Program-made: the position numbers and the translations under genes
NCBI GenBank assembly: GCA_028690155.1
Contig: JAQVBU010000008.1
Location: 7,593 to 71,592, forward strand
Reading direction: 5' to 3'
Source of the DNA: Alphaproteobacteria bacterium
GTDB lineage: Bacteria > Pseudomonadota > Alphaproteobacteria > UBA9219
Length of the DNA: 64,000 nt
Shown here: piece by piece, positions 19,143 to 29,246 of the stretch
How the letters are laid out: every line of letters starts with the position of its first letter
Numbering within the stretch: position 1 is the first letter of the stretch
Notes under the pieces: model-generated
What the model saw: only the letters and a program-made list of their open reading frames with translations
Told to the model about the DNA's origin: nothing
The model's database searches: none

Positions 19143-20369
19143 TCACTGTCCTTCGTCTTGCTCCGTGAACATGCTCACTTGTTCCGGCTTTACAATACTT
19201 CTGGCGCGCGCTGCATCTTCCATCAATTCTTCCAACCGGTCGCCTCCTATCGTCTTTTCAATTCGCTCTTGCTGAAACTGTTCGAGTTCGGAGAATTGGC
19301 CGGATCGAACTACTTGCTCCATTCTGCGAATCTTCGCGGCCTTCGCCTTCTCTCGCCTTTCCTTTTTCGTCTCAGCGGCGGCTTTCTTTTGATCGCTTGC
19401 ATGAATGACGGTCACCCCGTCTTTCGCCGCTTGCAGGTCGGCCATCAAGTCGCGCGCGTCCTTTGCGCCCTTCGGAATTACCCGGATGTTCTTTACTTCC
19501 ACGCGGAAGCGACCGTGCCAGTGATGTTCCTCGAAGTAGAGATTCGCATACTCGCGGGAGTTTCGTATCTGCCAGTCAAACAACTCGGGATTCTCTGCTG
19601 TCATGCTGCAAATAGCAAGGCGTCGAGCGTGTTTAAAGTACCTCACTCCACGGGTGATGATTTCATTCCACTCTCCGTCAAAAAACGTGCCGTCCGTTCT
19701 GCGCCAGTGCTCATGAACATCGTATAGGACGTTCCCTTCTCTGCCGCTGTCGCGCATTCCGCAGCGTAGACACGGCTGTGTTATGCAGTAATCAGGGCAG
19801 ACGTTCGGGTCGTATTCACGGATGTAGTCCCACTTAATCCGCTCTCGATCCCACCTGGCATGGTGCGGGCAAAAGCTCCCCAGTTCTGCGCGGACCGCCG
19901 CCGCAAACTTTTTGAGCGCCACCGCCGCACGATGCTCGTCTGCCTGACGCTCACGCTCAGCTACAGCGTCCAGGGAATCGGTTTCGGAGTACGGCTTGTC
20001 CGTTGGCGTCCCCGCGCACTGGGCTAACCAGCTCGCGCCGCCGCCCAGCCGCAGGTCCTTCAACGGGCAGTCTGTCCTCGCCGGGATGTACGGGCATCGC
20101 ACGGTTGGATTGTCGTTCTCGTGGCACCATGTCACGCCGCCATAGCCCATATTGCGCCCATTCCATTCATCCTCGCGCCAGAGCAGCCCGCACGGCATCT
20201 CGTAGATTCGATCGCGCAGGAATTCCTTCTTGTACTCAAATTGCCCGTAGCCGCTTTCCCATTTCACGTTACCCGGATGGTTCTCCGGAGTGCAACCTTG
20301 GGCGATCAGGCGAGTTGTGAGATCGTTCGGATATTGCGAAACTCTGAAAGTACTCATATGCCCACGCAT
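19143..20369 (-). CDS. hypothetical protein (408 aa), Cys/His-rich N-terminal half with a charged C-terminal coil
   Basis: Long ORF with good coding appearance; no recognised motif. Confidence 0.35.
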   Translation of the reverse strand: MRGHMSTFRVSQYPNDLTTRLIAQGCTPENHPGNVKWESGYGQFEYKKEFLRDRIYEMPCGLLWREDEWNGRNMGYGGVTWCHENDNPTVRCPYIPARTDCPLKDLRLGGGASWLAQCAGTPTDKPYSETDSLDAVAERERQADEHRAAVALKKFAAAVRAELGSFCPHHARWDRERIKWDYIREYDPNVCPDYCITQPCLRCGMRDSGREGNVLYDVHEHWRRTDGTFFDGEWNEIITRGVRYFKHARRLAICSMTAENPELFDWQIRNSREYANLYFEEHHWHGRFRVEVKNIRVIPKGAKDARDLMADLQAAKDGVTVIHASDQKKAAAETKKERREKAKAAKIRRMEQVVRSGQFSELEQFQQERIEKTIGGDRLEELMEDAARARSIVKPEQVSMFTEQDEGQ

Positions 20370-20563
20370 GGCCGCATGCCGAAAAAGTCTTCCAGTCGGT
20401 CGCGAAGTTCCGATGGCTCGATGTCATACTCCTTTGCGACGCATTTTTCGCAGACCGGCGTCTTGTACGCCAATGCCTTGCTGACGCGAGCATCCCAACT
20501 GTTCAGGCGCTGCCCGCAGACGTTGCAATTGATGTCGAGCCATTTCACGCGATCTGCCATCAT
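20354..20563 (-). CDS. small zinc-ribbon protein
   Basis: ATG at 20563 preceded by GGAGGCG; CNVCGQ...CEKC. Confidence 0.3.
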   Translation of the reverse strand: MMADRVKWLDINCNVCGQRLNSWDARVSKALAYKTPVCEKCVAKEYDIEPSELRDRLEDFFGMRPCVGI

Positions 20564-20576
20564 TATCGCCTCCGTG

Positions 20577-20726
20577 TCACTTATCCTCTTTGATTCTCTT
20601 GATGCTTTCAAGGATCGCGATAACCAGCGCCGGGATGGCGAGAATCCCAATCCCCATGACAACGAATCCCGCGACGGATATGCAAGCTCTTGCCCCGTCC
20701 TGAAAAGCGCGTGCGAACTCACTCAT
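20577..20726 (-). CDS. small membrane protein (1 TM)
   Basis: Hydrophobic core VAGFVVMGIGILAIPALVIAIL. Confidence 0.25.
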   Translation of the reverse strand: MSEFARAFQDGARACISVAGFVVMGIGILAIPALVIAILESIKRIKEDK

Positions 20727-21007
20727 AACGCTGCTCCTTCCTTTCTCTGCGCTGTTGCTCTTTCCGACGCCGTTTTGATGCTTGGCGCCGGATGAATTTG
20801 CTTCCAAACCAGAACGGGAACCAGCTATATATCCTCTCGGTTTCCGCTCTCGTGCTGCGCTTCATCCTCTCCACCTTCTTTCGGCTCTTTGGCTTCGTAC
20901 ATCTCGAAGTATCCCGCCGCGCACTCTGCCTCAAGGTTGATGCGGCAACACCCTCCGCCGAGGTAGTGTACGCAGCCCAAGCAGCTTTTCGGCTTCATAG
21001 CGGCCTC

Positions 21008-21199
21008 CTAAAGCCTGTTTGCTTCTCTGCGTCCAGACTTTCGCATGGTCTTTCCGTGGTTTCGCATGCTTCGGTGCTGCCGGAAGATTATCACCGCTGT
21101 GACCGAAATAACCAAAACGGCAAGCACCAGAATGACACCAAAGATCGCAAGTGCGATCCACCCCCAGGCGATAACGGCGTCGATAATCCGTTCCATCAT
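21008..21199 (-). CDS. small membrane protein (1-2 TM)
   Basis: WIALAIFGVILVLAVLVISVTAVIIF. Confidence 0.25.
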   Translation of the reverse strand: MMERIIDAVIAWGWIALAIFGVILVLAVLVISVTAVIIFRQHRSMRNHGKTMRKSGRREANRL

Positions 21200-21639
21200 T
21201 CCTTCCCCCCGTTCATCCGGTCGTAAAGGGTTTTGCTTCTCCATCCGACCCTCTGCAGGTCTTTCAAGTCGAAGTACTCACCACAATGCGGACAACTTGG
21301 GACCATCGCATTGCTTGTGCCTGAATACCGCTCTTCCAGGTACTTGATGACCCGCAGCCGCGGCTTATATGTTTCGAGCTTCTTGGCTTCCTCGCGCATC
21401 CGGTCGAAGTCGCTGTTGATTCGCTCGTGGTTGTTCGCAAGCTTTTCAAGCGCCTGGAACGGGTCGATGATCGCGCCGCAGTCAGCGCATTCCACCATCC
21501 GGTTCGCTGAATCGACGAGATAGTGAGGGTCCAAGCACGTACAATACCGGCTGTAGTTCTTTTTTTGCCGGATGATGTCGATCCAAGAAATCTTCTCACG
21601 ACCATCCATCTGATGGTTTACCCCCTTTCCTTGGAACAA
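21196..21639 (-). CDS. hypothetical zinc-ribbon protein
   Basis: CADCGAI and CPHCGEYF motifs. Confidence 0.3.
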   Translation of the reverse strand: MFQGKGVNHQMDGREKISWIDIIRQKKNYSRYCTCLDPHYLVDSANRMVECADCGAIIDPFQALEKLANNHERINSDFDRMREEAKKLETYKPRLRVIKYLEERYSGTSNAMVPSCPHCGEYFDLKDLQRVGWRSKTLYDRMNGGKE

Positions 21640-21653
21640 GCTGTTCCTCGGTG

Positions 21654-22274
21654 CTATTCGCTTAATGCGGCTTGATTATCAGCCGGATAAACCGCGTCGA
21701 TTGCATCCGTGATTTCTACGAATTTCTCCGTGTCAGCGATGCAGCGAATGGAGGTAATAAGCGCCTTTAGCCTCTCGGCCTCGGCCTTGAGAGCAGACAT
21801 CGGGTGCTTGGGACAGCTCTCGATATGTAGCTTGAGCGCGTCAGCCATGCTGACCGGCGTCGTTTCGCCCGGTCCGTAGCGATGACCGCAGTAGACACAG
21901 TTGACGTACATGCCAGACTGCAGATCATTTACCCAGCGCTTGTAGCGTTCGACTTCATTCAACGCCGTTAACGTTCTCATTCGCCATTGGGAACGACTAT
22001 CGAGATAGATAACTTCGGACTTTCGCAGCCGCTCGACCTCAACGCGGAGGGCGGTGTGGTCATCCAAGTCGCGCTCCAGCGCCTCTGCCTGTTCCATTGT
22101 GAGCTTGATTTTTGTCGCCGGCCTGACCGGGATGCAGTCGGGGCAATGCTCAACCAAATCGAAGTGCTCTGGGGAATGACAGTCGCATTTGATCGGCAGC
22201 CGAAAATACGTCCGCACTAAAGTGCCCTCCTTCCCGCATACTTCACAGCGTCCGAAATTACACTCACCATTCAT
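21654..22274 (-). CDS. hypothetical Cys-rich protein
   Basis: 206-aa ORF; CEVCGKEG and CPDC motifs. Confidence 0.3.
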   Translation of the reverse strand: MNGECNFGRCEVCGKEGTLVRTYFRLPIKCDCHSPEHFDLVEHCPDCIPVRPATKIKLTMEQAEALERDLDDHTALRVEVERLRKSEVIYLDSRSQWRMRTLTALNEVERYKRWVNDLQSGMYVNCVYCGHRYGPGETTPVSMADALKLHIESCPKHPMSALKAEAERLKALITSIRCIADTEKFVEITDAIDAVYPADNQAALSE

Positions 22275-23173
22275 AGTAATACCGTCCTCCTTATATCGTT
22301 TGCCTTTGTCGCTACAATCTCAGGTCGCAACCATTCTCTTTGGAATCTGCGCCATTCCAAGCTGTAGGCTCCGCTCTCGTTCCTGTACAGCATTGCATAG
22401 GGCATGAACCCCGCCCTGATGATGTCGGTCAGTCGTTTTTCAGCCCGCTCGAACGTGTCCCCTTGGTACCCGATTAGGCAATAGCAACATAAGACATGTG
22501 CCTCAAAAGTAAACCCAGCGTCCCGAAGTATCCGTCCTGCTTTAAAAAGAGGGTCGCGATCATCAGGCGTATCGTACGCGAAGTACATTCGTCGAGGATG
22601 GAGGGCGTGCAGCGCTTCTGCTTGCCAAGGTTTTAGGAATTCCGCTTCAAGCCCACCCGTGAAAATTGGACGTTCTGATTGCCGAGCCAGCATCTCGAAA
22701 ACCGCTCGAATGTGGGTGTCTGAGCAAGCAAGAAGGTTGTCGTCAAGCACGTTCGAGCCGTCCACAATCGGATACTCCCGTGTCTTTCCCTCTCGCCTCG
22801 GCACTCCGCAGTACCAGCAATTCTTCGGACACCCGCGACTTGTAATCACCGCGCCCGGTTTGAGATACTGGCCGGAAATGAATTCGCCACCCGGCTTGTT
22901 GAATGCCGGTCCGCCCAGTTTGACCGGTACGCCTACAGCCCGCCATGCTTCTGCAAGCTGTTCCGCGCGTGCCATATCCCACGAAAACGTTACCGACACA
23001 TGCACCTCGTCGATTTCCGGCAATGCCAGCAGCGGCGGCGGGCAATTCACAAACGCCAAGTGATCGGTCGGAGTTAACCGGGTGCGTGAAGGAAATACGC
23101 GGGCAATGGTCATTGAGTTCACATCCTTAATCCCCGTCCCATACGCCATCCGGGCGCATCTGCGCAAGTGCAA
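22271..23173 (-). CDS. radical SAM domain protein
   Basis: CPKNCWYC (CX3CX2C) followed by a GGE-like IFTGGLE segment. True start uncertain, possibly 23113. Confidence 0.5.
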   Translation of the reverse strand: MHLRRCARMAYGTGIKDVNSMTIARVFPSRTRLTPTDHLAFVNCPPPLLALPEIDEVHVSVTFSWDMARAEQLAEAWRAVGVPVKLGGPAFNKPGGEFISGQYLKPGAVITSRGCPKNCWYCGVPRREGKTREYPIVDGSNVLDDNLLACSDTHIRAVFEMLARQSERPIFTGGLEAEFLKPWQAEALHALHPRRMYFAYDTPDDRDPLFKAGRILRDAGFTFEAHVLCCYCLIGYQGDTFERAEKRLTDIIRAGFMPYAMLYRNESGAYSLEWRRFQREWLRPEIVATKANDIRRTVLL

Positions 23174-23483
23174 GGAGCTGATTTAGTGAGCGCTTTGCAT
23201 TGCCCTCCGTATCCTCCCAGTAGTTGTCGGATACATCGTCTCCGAGCTGGGCTATCCCGGCCTTGAGGACGGAGATGCTTTCCGCTCCGGTCATCCCATA
23301 GATCGTTCTAATGCCCTCGTTGCCGAAGATGCGGCGGAATAACTTCCCGTAATTGTAGGTGATGTTCAGCCATGCTTCCGTGGTGCCGTCCACGGCGTAA
23401 GTTCCTCCGCGCATTGCGTGCGGAGAATCAAGCATGATCGTTTCCTTGGTGACGGGGTTGCGCAGGGAGATGTCGTAGCTCAT
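23127..23483 (-). CDS. hypothetical phage protein
   Basis: 118-aa ORF. Confidence 0.3.
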   Translation of the reverse strand: MSYDISLRNPVTKETIMLDSPHAMRGGTYAVDGTTEAWLNITYNYGKLFRRIFGNEGIRTIYGMTGAESISVLKAGIAQLGDDVSDNYWEDTEGNAKRSLNQLLALAQMRPDGVWDGD

Positions 23484-24067
23484 GTTCTCCTTCTTTCCCG
23501 GCAGTTTGCCCCCTCGGCGGTGCTGCCGCAGTGATTCCAGTCATCCCATTGGTAGTTGAATCCATCCAGCGCGTACGGATTCTTGATTTTGTTGTTGCAC
23601 CGATCCATTACGGTTTGATAACTCATATGGTTCTGCGCTGCCGCCTCTCTTGCCGACCGATAGACCTCCGCAACCTCTCCGCTCTCAAAAATCTTTGCAA
23701 CGGGACGCCGCCTCGATTTATGCCCGGTCATTTCCCCAAGCTCTCTCGGGGTAATGAATCCAATATTCGCGGCTCGATTGTCCGTTGTGTCTCCGTTGAT
23801 GTGGTAGGCAACCATTCCGGGTGGCCGACCGCCCTTCCAAACGTCCACTACGATGTTTACAAGTGGGACCTCGCGCGCCCTGCCATTTTGATCTGTGAGC
23901 TTCACGAAAACGCGGTTGCTTCGGCGTCCCTTGCCCCGAGGTTGTCTTTTGTAGGGCGTAAGCAGTCTGGATGAAGGAAGCCTACCCCAGCAGCTTCGAT
24001 AACTTCTTACCTCGCCCAATCTACTGACCTCGTAGAAACCGCCGTACCCTGCAATCATGCGCCACTC
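23480..24067 (-). CDS. HNH homing endonuclease (NUMOD4 + HNH_3)
   Basis: MEWRMIAGYGGFYEVSRLGEVRS (NUMOD4) and AYHINGDTTDNRAANIGFITPRE (HNH). Confidence 0.65.
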   Translation of the reverse strand, partial: EWRMIAGYGGFYEVSRLGEVRSYRSCWGRLPSSRLLTPYKRQPRGKGRRSNRVFVKLTDQNGRAREVPLVNIVVDVWKGGRPPGMVAYHINGDTTDNRAANIGFITPRELGEMTGHKSRRRPVAKIFESGEVAEVYRSAREAAAQNHMSYQTVMDRCNNKIKNPYALDGFNYQWDDWNHCGSTAEGANCRERRRT

Positions 24068-24137
24068 CATAGCAACCGGAATCCTCCTTTCTTCGTAGGT
24101 CGAGATCGCCGGGCCGTAGTTTGATCCCCGGAGCCCC

Positions 24138-24554
24138 TTATAGCCCGTCGTCGCAAGCCCCACCCTCCAGCACGTTTTTTAGCGCATAGATAATGGTGTA
24201 GTCAAGGATGCTGATTTTTTTGGGATCGTGCTCCTGTCTGAATTTCAGCTTCATCATTTCGCTGCGAAGCGCGGCTTGTACCTTGATCCGCTCAAGCGGA
24301 TTCTCCATGTCCATCTCTCCGGCCTCGAGCAGAAGCTTGTTCTCTTGCAGCTTTTCCAGCGCCGCCTCCAATTCGGCTCGGATTCGGATGATGTCCTCCG
24401 GCATCAAGCCGGTGTCCTCGTAGGCGGCGAGGCGTTCCGGCGCAAATCCAGTAATAGTTTCGTCTTTCGTAAACGGATCGTTGTAATTGAAATGATTCGC
24501 GCCGATTCTGGCGAGTCCAAATTCTCCCGGATCGCGGTATGTCAGCCTATCCAT
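24138..24554 (-). CDS. hypothetical protein; shares the LAAYEDTGLMPEDI motif with the 59297 gene
   Basis: Start at Met 26. The motif also occurs at 59297-60466. Confidence 0.3.
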   Translation of the reverse strand: MDRLTYRDPGEFGLARIGANHFNYNDPFTKDETITGFAPERLAAYEDTGLMPEDIIRIRAELEAALEKLQENKLLLEAGEMDMENPLERIKVQAALRSEMMKLKFRQEHDPKKISILDYTIIYALKNVLEGGACDDGL

Positions 24555-24912
24555 CTTTCCGTTCCTCCCGCAAAAGATCGTTTTGAGTTCCACAATAGGC
24601 ATCGTCTGTAATAAACGGCAGACCGTCAATTTCTGCGCTATTCCCGTTGGCGCACTTCATTCCCCGCGTTACTCCGAACAGACGGCAGACCATAGGGCGC
24701 ACGGGGTAAATAGAGCATCGCTTTAGCTCGTTGTCTCGAAAGATGCACTCCATAGGCTCGTGCGCCCGACGCATTATTTCACGGGGAAGGGCGTGCGCTT
24801 GGATGTAATTCTCAATCCGGGCGATGTCCGACGCCGTTACAGGAACTAGTCCGCAGCATCCCCCGCAGTTGGTGCAACGTGTATGAGGTGGTATGTAAAG
24901 CAGGGCGTTCAT
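24547..24912 (-). CDS. YkgJ-family Fe-S/zinc cluster protein (CxxCxxCC)
   Basis: CTNCGGCCG motif characteristic of the UPF0153/YkgJ family. Confidence 0.5.
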   Translation of the reverse strand: MNALLYIPPHTRCTNCGGCCGLVPVTASDIARIENYIQAHALPREIMRRAHEPMECIFRDNELKRCSIYPVRPMVCRLFGVTRGMKCANGNSAEIDGLPFITDDAYCGTQNDLLREERKDG

Positions 24913-25286
24913 TTTGATGCCTCCGCCGTTGAAAGCATAGATGCAGCGGCTTTCTCTGCTTCGCAGTATGGGCACTTCCCATTCATCCAGCCTTCCCGAT
25001 AAGTGCGGAAGCACCTCTTGCAACGCATGGCGCCGTGTTCGCCCTCTGCGATCTGTTCCAAGTACCCCCTAAGATTTCCGGCCTCGTACATAAATGTGTG
25101 CTGCCCATGTAGGGCGGCATAGAGATCGTCGGCGAGTTGCTTGACTTCCTCGCGGGATACGAGGATCGTATGATTTGTTCTTGCGCGACTTCCCGCGACC
25201 ACCCATCCAGCCCTAGGCAGCCCGTTGAATTTCATTTTCAGCGCAAACGCGGCATCCAACTTGCTTCTGGCATTGGTATCAATCAT
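24909..25286 (-). CDS. hypothetical protein
   Basis: 125-aa ORF; C-terminal CKRC...CPYC zinc ribbon. Confidence 0.3.
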   Translation of the reverse strand: MIDTNARSKLDAAFALKMKFNGLPRAGWVVAGSRARTNHTILVSREEVKQLADDLYAALHGQHTFMYEAGNLRGYLEQIAEGEHGAMRCKRCFRTYREGWMNGKCPYCEAEKAAASMLSTAEASK

Positions 25287-25346
25287 GTTTCTCCCTCCTC
25301 CTTTCCGGTTTCGATGCTCAGTGTTTCTTTATGCTTCTTACCGAGG

Positions 25347-27305
25347 TCACATCTGACCGACACCGAGCAGGAGTTGTTGATTGTGGGCCACAAGATAGTA
25401 ATCGGCATTCTCCATGATTCGCTCATACTGCTCCTTCCCTTGAAAACTATCAACAACCTCGCGTTCTTCCGGGGTCATCTGCTCATACCGCGCTTTCCCG
25501 TAATTCGGGGGGAGCCAGTTCCGGCCGCGCGCAGCGTAGATATTGAGTAGGTCAACCATGCGCTGATCGTGGAAGGAGATGTGGCATGTTCCCTTCTTGA
25601 AGAATGTCGCGTTGAAATACTTGAAGGCGATGTTCCGCGTCTGCCCTGCTGCATTGGCCGTCTTGAGAACTACGTGCATATCGCTCTCCGCTGTAACTCC
25701 CTGGTCCAAGTAGTCAAGGGATTTTTCGATATCTCCAAGCACGCCGTATATCGTGTACTCTGCGAGTTTCTCACCTTGCCAAGAATCAGAATGGCTGCCG
25801 TGGATGGGGATAATGACTTTCTTACCGATCTTGTGCGCCTTATTTGTCGCCCATCCGCTGTAGTAGTGGATGTTGTTCTTTGTCTCCGGCCACCATGAGT
25901 GGGCGGCAGTCATCTTCTCAAACACGTCCATGATTGCCTTATCAATGCCTGTTCGCAGCGAGCCATCCAGTTTTCCGATGATCTGGCGGATGTTGAATTC
26001 CGAGAATTCGTAATCCTCCATTTTACCGATGCTGGATTGATACTCTTTCATCAGGTCGCTTGTGAACTTGCTTGTGAGTTGCGGCAGGTGAAAAAGATTG
26101 TCCCAGTACTTTCCACGCACGGCGCGCATATAGCGGTTTACGCCTTCGTTGTCAATCGTGTCGTAGGATTGATCTCCGATCTTTATGGAGAGCAGTGCGT
26201 GTGCGTAAGACTGGCTGCCTGTCAGGATATACGGCACCAGGCCATTGTACTCACTCATAAACTCAAGTGTCGCGGACACCTCCACGCCGTAGTTGGTTAT
26301 CATCTGCTCAATGAAGTTGCCCCCGACAAGCTCGTGCTTGGAATCCGCCTGCACCGTTTGTTCTGTCGCTTTCTTCATGCGCTCGAATATGCTGGAATCA
26401 AACTCGCGCATCGGAATGTGGACAGACACGATTGCGACCTCCACATCGGAGCGGCGTTCCGCCCGGAGGAAAGCGCCCTTGATGAATTGAATCCGTGCGC
26501 CCAACTTTGTGAGACGGTCGAACAAATGCTTGCGTCTGACTGTATGCGGGTTGCGCAGCGTTTCGGCGTTCAGCAGGCAGACGATCTGGCCTCCGTCTTG
26601 CTGGATTTCGAGTGCCTTTTCCAAATGCCGGTCACCATCAGAGAAGGGCGGGTTCATCACGATCAAGTCGTATCGTTTTTGCGTGTGATACGTCAGGAAG
26701 TCGTCGTGGACAACGCGGTATCCCTTTCCGGTGAGTATGTAACGCAGATTTTGATCCATTTCGATGCAGTCGATGTCTTCAAGATTGCGGGAATAACGCT
26801 GGCGCTTATAGGTCGCGCTTCCCATACACTCAAGTAAGTCACCTTTTCCGGCTGACGGCTCGAGTACTGAACGCACTACCTTCCAGTCAACCATAGCCAT
26901 CATCTTTCCGGCCAGCGCAGAGGGGGTCGGGTAGAAGTCGGAATTGTCTCCGCTGGGCAGCATGGCCGGATCGTACTTTTGCTTCTCCGGTTTTGCGTTT
27001 TCTTTCCATTTTTTGAACACCCCGGTTTTCGCTGCATATAGAGTATCGAAGCTCCCAGCGTGTTCCCCGCGCTCATCCCCGTTCCTTTCGTAATACCTCG
27101 CAGAATACGGATGTGTATTCCATAAATCGACTTTATTCATGTCAATCCTACCAATCCGATTGCCGCGGTAATTTACATGAATGAAGCGCTGTAGCGATAG
27201 GCCTCGTTTCGACTTTGTCTGGATAACTTCGACTTCGATGCTTGGATGCTTGATGTCAAAAGTCTTTCCACTGCGCTCTTGGGTGTTTATCCTCAACGCA
27301 TTCAA
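25347..27305 (-). CDS. N6-adenine DNA methyltransferase (gamma class, TaqI-like) with a ~350 aa C-terminal extension
   Basis: FYPTPSALAGKMM (motif X), VLEPSAGKGDLLE (motif I), IVMNPPF (motif IV). Confidence 0.7.
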   Translation of the reverse strand: MNALRINTQERSGKTFDIKHPSIEVEVIQTKSKRGLSLQRFIHVNYRGNRIGRIDMNKVDLWNTHPYSARYYERNGDERGEHAGSFDTLYAAKTGVFKKWKENAKPEKQKYDPAMLPSGDNSDFYPTPSALAGKMMAMVDWKVVRSVLEPSAGKGDLLECMGSATYKRQRYSRNLEDIDCIEMDQNLRYILTGKGYRVVHDDFLTYHTQKRYDLIVMNPPFSDGDRHLEKALEIQQDGGQIVCLLNAETLRNPHTVRRKHLFDRLTKLGARIQFIKGAFLRAERRSDVEVAIVSVHIPMREFDSSIFERMKKATEQTVQADSKHELVGGNFIEQMITNYGVEVSATLEFMSEYNGLVPYILTGSQSYAHALLSIKIGDQSYDTIDNEGVNRYMRAVRGKYWDNLFHLPQLTSKFTSDLMKEYQSSIGKMEDYEFSEFNIRQIIGKLDGSLRTGIDKAIMDVFEKMTAAHSWWPETKNNIHYYSGWATNKAHKIGKKVIIPIHGSHSDSWQGEKLAEYTIYGVLGDIEKSLDYLDQGVTAESDMHVVLKTANAAGQTRNIAFKYFNATFFKKGTCHISFHDQRMVDLLNIYAARGRNWLPPNYGKARYEQMTPEEREVVDSFQGKEQYERIMENADYYLVAHNQQLLLGVGQM

Positions 27306-27332
27306 TGTCTCTACACTCCTTTGAATTTTCCC

Positions 27333-28223
27333 TTAGAAGATCAGGCTGCCTGGATCGTCCCACCGGCTATAAAGCTTACAGTTTGGCCGGAGTATCACAT
27401 ACTTGTACGAGTCCGAAACATCCTGAGCCATGCAGTCATCGTCAATGACGGTGGACATCCCGAGAATCGAATACTTTACGCGTCCGTACTCAAGCCTTTC
27501 GAGCGCGCGCCCTTCTTCCTTGACGTACTCGATCAGTTGCGATTCGGTCTTATCGGCAATCGAATGCTTGCGAATCCATTCAGCCTGTTCCGTTTCGCCG
27601 TCCCCGGTATACAGGATTCGGAGCGTTACTTGGTCAGCGCCGAGAAGCCTGCAATATGTAAAGAACTTCTCGGGCTTGTTGCTGTATCCGTTGAACTGAT
27701 CGGTGAGATTCACGGAAAGCCTCAGGTTGAAGTCGTATTTTTTGATCGCCTGACACAAGCTTTCAAGACAAACTTGGTGTTTATCAGGGGTTCCGATAAT
27801 CTCGTTGTTCGACCCGTTATCAAACGACGAAATCGAAACACTGATCGTACTCACCCCTACATGGTTTCGCAAAAACCGAAGATACGGGTCGTTGAGCATG
27901 ACACCCGTAGTCTGCATCTCAATCCACCGAAACGGTGAAGGGAGATTTTTGTTCATCGTACCGAACCGCTGCAAGAAGGACCTATTTTGTTGCGGCTCGC
28001 TGTCGCCCGTGAGCATGACCGTGTTGCAGCCATTGTCCCGGGCGAATTCCAACCGGCGAACATAGTCCGCTTCATATAGGTCGTAGAACGGGAGCTTCTC
28101 GTCAAGCATGTTCGGATACTCGTCGTGGCGCATTCTCGAAACGCAGAATTGGCATTTGTTGATGCAGCCGCTGCTCGGTACGACAATCGACAGGCTCTGA
28201 ATCTTCACGGTCGCACCTCCCAC
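27333..28223 (-). CDS. radical SAM protein
   Basis: GCINKCQFCVS CX3CX2C motif near the N-terminus; LTGDSEP as a GGE-like motif. Confidence 0.55.
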   Translation of the reverse strand: MGGATVKIQSLSIVVPSSGCINKCQFCVSRMRHDEYPNMLDEKLPFYDLYEADYVRRLEFARDNGCNTVMLTGDSEPQQNRSFLQRFGTMNKNLPSPFRWIEMQTTGVMLNDPYLRFLRNHVGVSTISVSISSFDNGSNNEIIGTPDKHQVCLESLCQAIKKYDFNLRLSVNLTDQFNGYSNKPEKFFTYCRLLGADQVTLRILYTGDGETEQAEWIRKHSIADKTESQLIEYVKEEGRALERLEYGRVKYSILGMSTVIDDDCMAQDVSDSYKYVILRPNCKLYSRWDDPGSLIF

Positions 28224-28981
28224 GGATATTCTTGCTTGAAATCAGACCCCATCAAATCACGGATAGAGGACTTCATAAAGACCGCGACCTTTTTTTCGGC
28301 GCAAGCTTCAACGATCTCGTCAATCCACCACTTCTCCGGAACGACTTTATTCTTCCGCGGCCCGGTTTCGGCTCCAACGATCACCCATTCCGGCCAATAT
28401 TCGGTTTCCATCTCCCCGAACGGTTCTAGGATAGGTTCGATGCTGACGAATCCGTGGTATGGCGTATCCCTGAACCATGTGAAGTTGTCGTCCGGCGATG
28501 TGAGTGTAGAGCCGAACCAAAAGTTGTCGGCATAAGGGAGCGCTTTGGCTGAGTACAGTTCCCGAATGCGCATCGGGTTCTTTGTCAAAAACAGATACCG
28601 ATGCCACGGTGCCGCGGCGCACGCGGTGAAAACATCCTGAATCCACTCGTCAGGAACCCACGAACCGAACAAATCTGTCATTGAGCCGACGAAGATGGTG
28701 CGCGGCTCGGACCACTTCGCAGGGATTCCGAGGCGGTAGCGATGGAAGGTCGGCGCAAATCCAAACGGGTAATGGTTGATACGCCCGCGCGCGATTTCCC
28801 CGCACTCGGTTCCCGTGACCAGATCCCGGTATGGTTCGTCCAGCTCGCGCAAATCATCGTCCATCGTGGCTTTGCCGAACCGATTTACATGCCTCCGCGC
28901 GTAGCAGTATTCGCAGCCGTGGAGACAGCCCGTGACAGGGTTCCATGAACTGTCACACCAGTCAATCTTCGTTTTATACAT
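28205..28981 (-). CDS. phage Gp37/Gp68 family protein (DUF5131), three-Cys motif
   Basis: IDWCDSSWNPVTGCLHGCEYCYA matches the hallmark TWNPVTGC..GC.YCYA N-terminus. Confidence 0.65.
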   Translation of the reverse strand: MYKTKIDWCDSSWNPVTGCLHGCEYCYARRHVNRFGKATMDDDLRELDEPYRDLVTGTECGEIARGRINHYPFGFAPTFHRYRLGIPAKWSEPRTIFVGSMTDLFGSWVPDEWIQDVFTACAAAPWHRYLFLTKNPMRIRELYSAKALPYADNFWFGSTLTSPDDNFTWFRDTPYHGFVSIEPILEPFGEMETEYWPEWVIVGAETGPRKNKVVPEKWWIDEIVEACAEKKVAVFMKSSIRDLMGSDFKQEYPWEVRP

Positions 28982-29243
28982 CTTGCACCTCCATAGGAAT
29001 CATTTTCTCGTAGTACGCAGCGTTCTTGCGTTCGATTGGAATATCGGATTCGTAATACTTGATGAATGATTCAAATTCTTTGTAGCACTCGCAGCACAGA
29101 AATTGGTTGAGTACAGGTACGAGATAGCCACGAAACGGCCGCTGGCTGCATGTGTCGCACATGCCGGGGCTTCTCAACAACGTCAGTTCCACGCGATCGA
29201 CCTCGTAGGCAAGGTACCCGGAGTTCCCGACGAGTTTTTTCAT
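28974..29243 (-). CDS. hypothetical zinc-binding protein
   Basis: CDTC...CCECY. Confidence 0.3.
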   Translation of the reverse strand: MKKLVGNSGYLAYEVDRVELTLLRSPGMCDTCSQRPFRGYLVPVLNQFLCCECYKEFESFIKYYESDIPIERKNAAYYEKMIPMEVQDV

Positions 29244-29246
29244 GCG

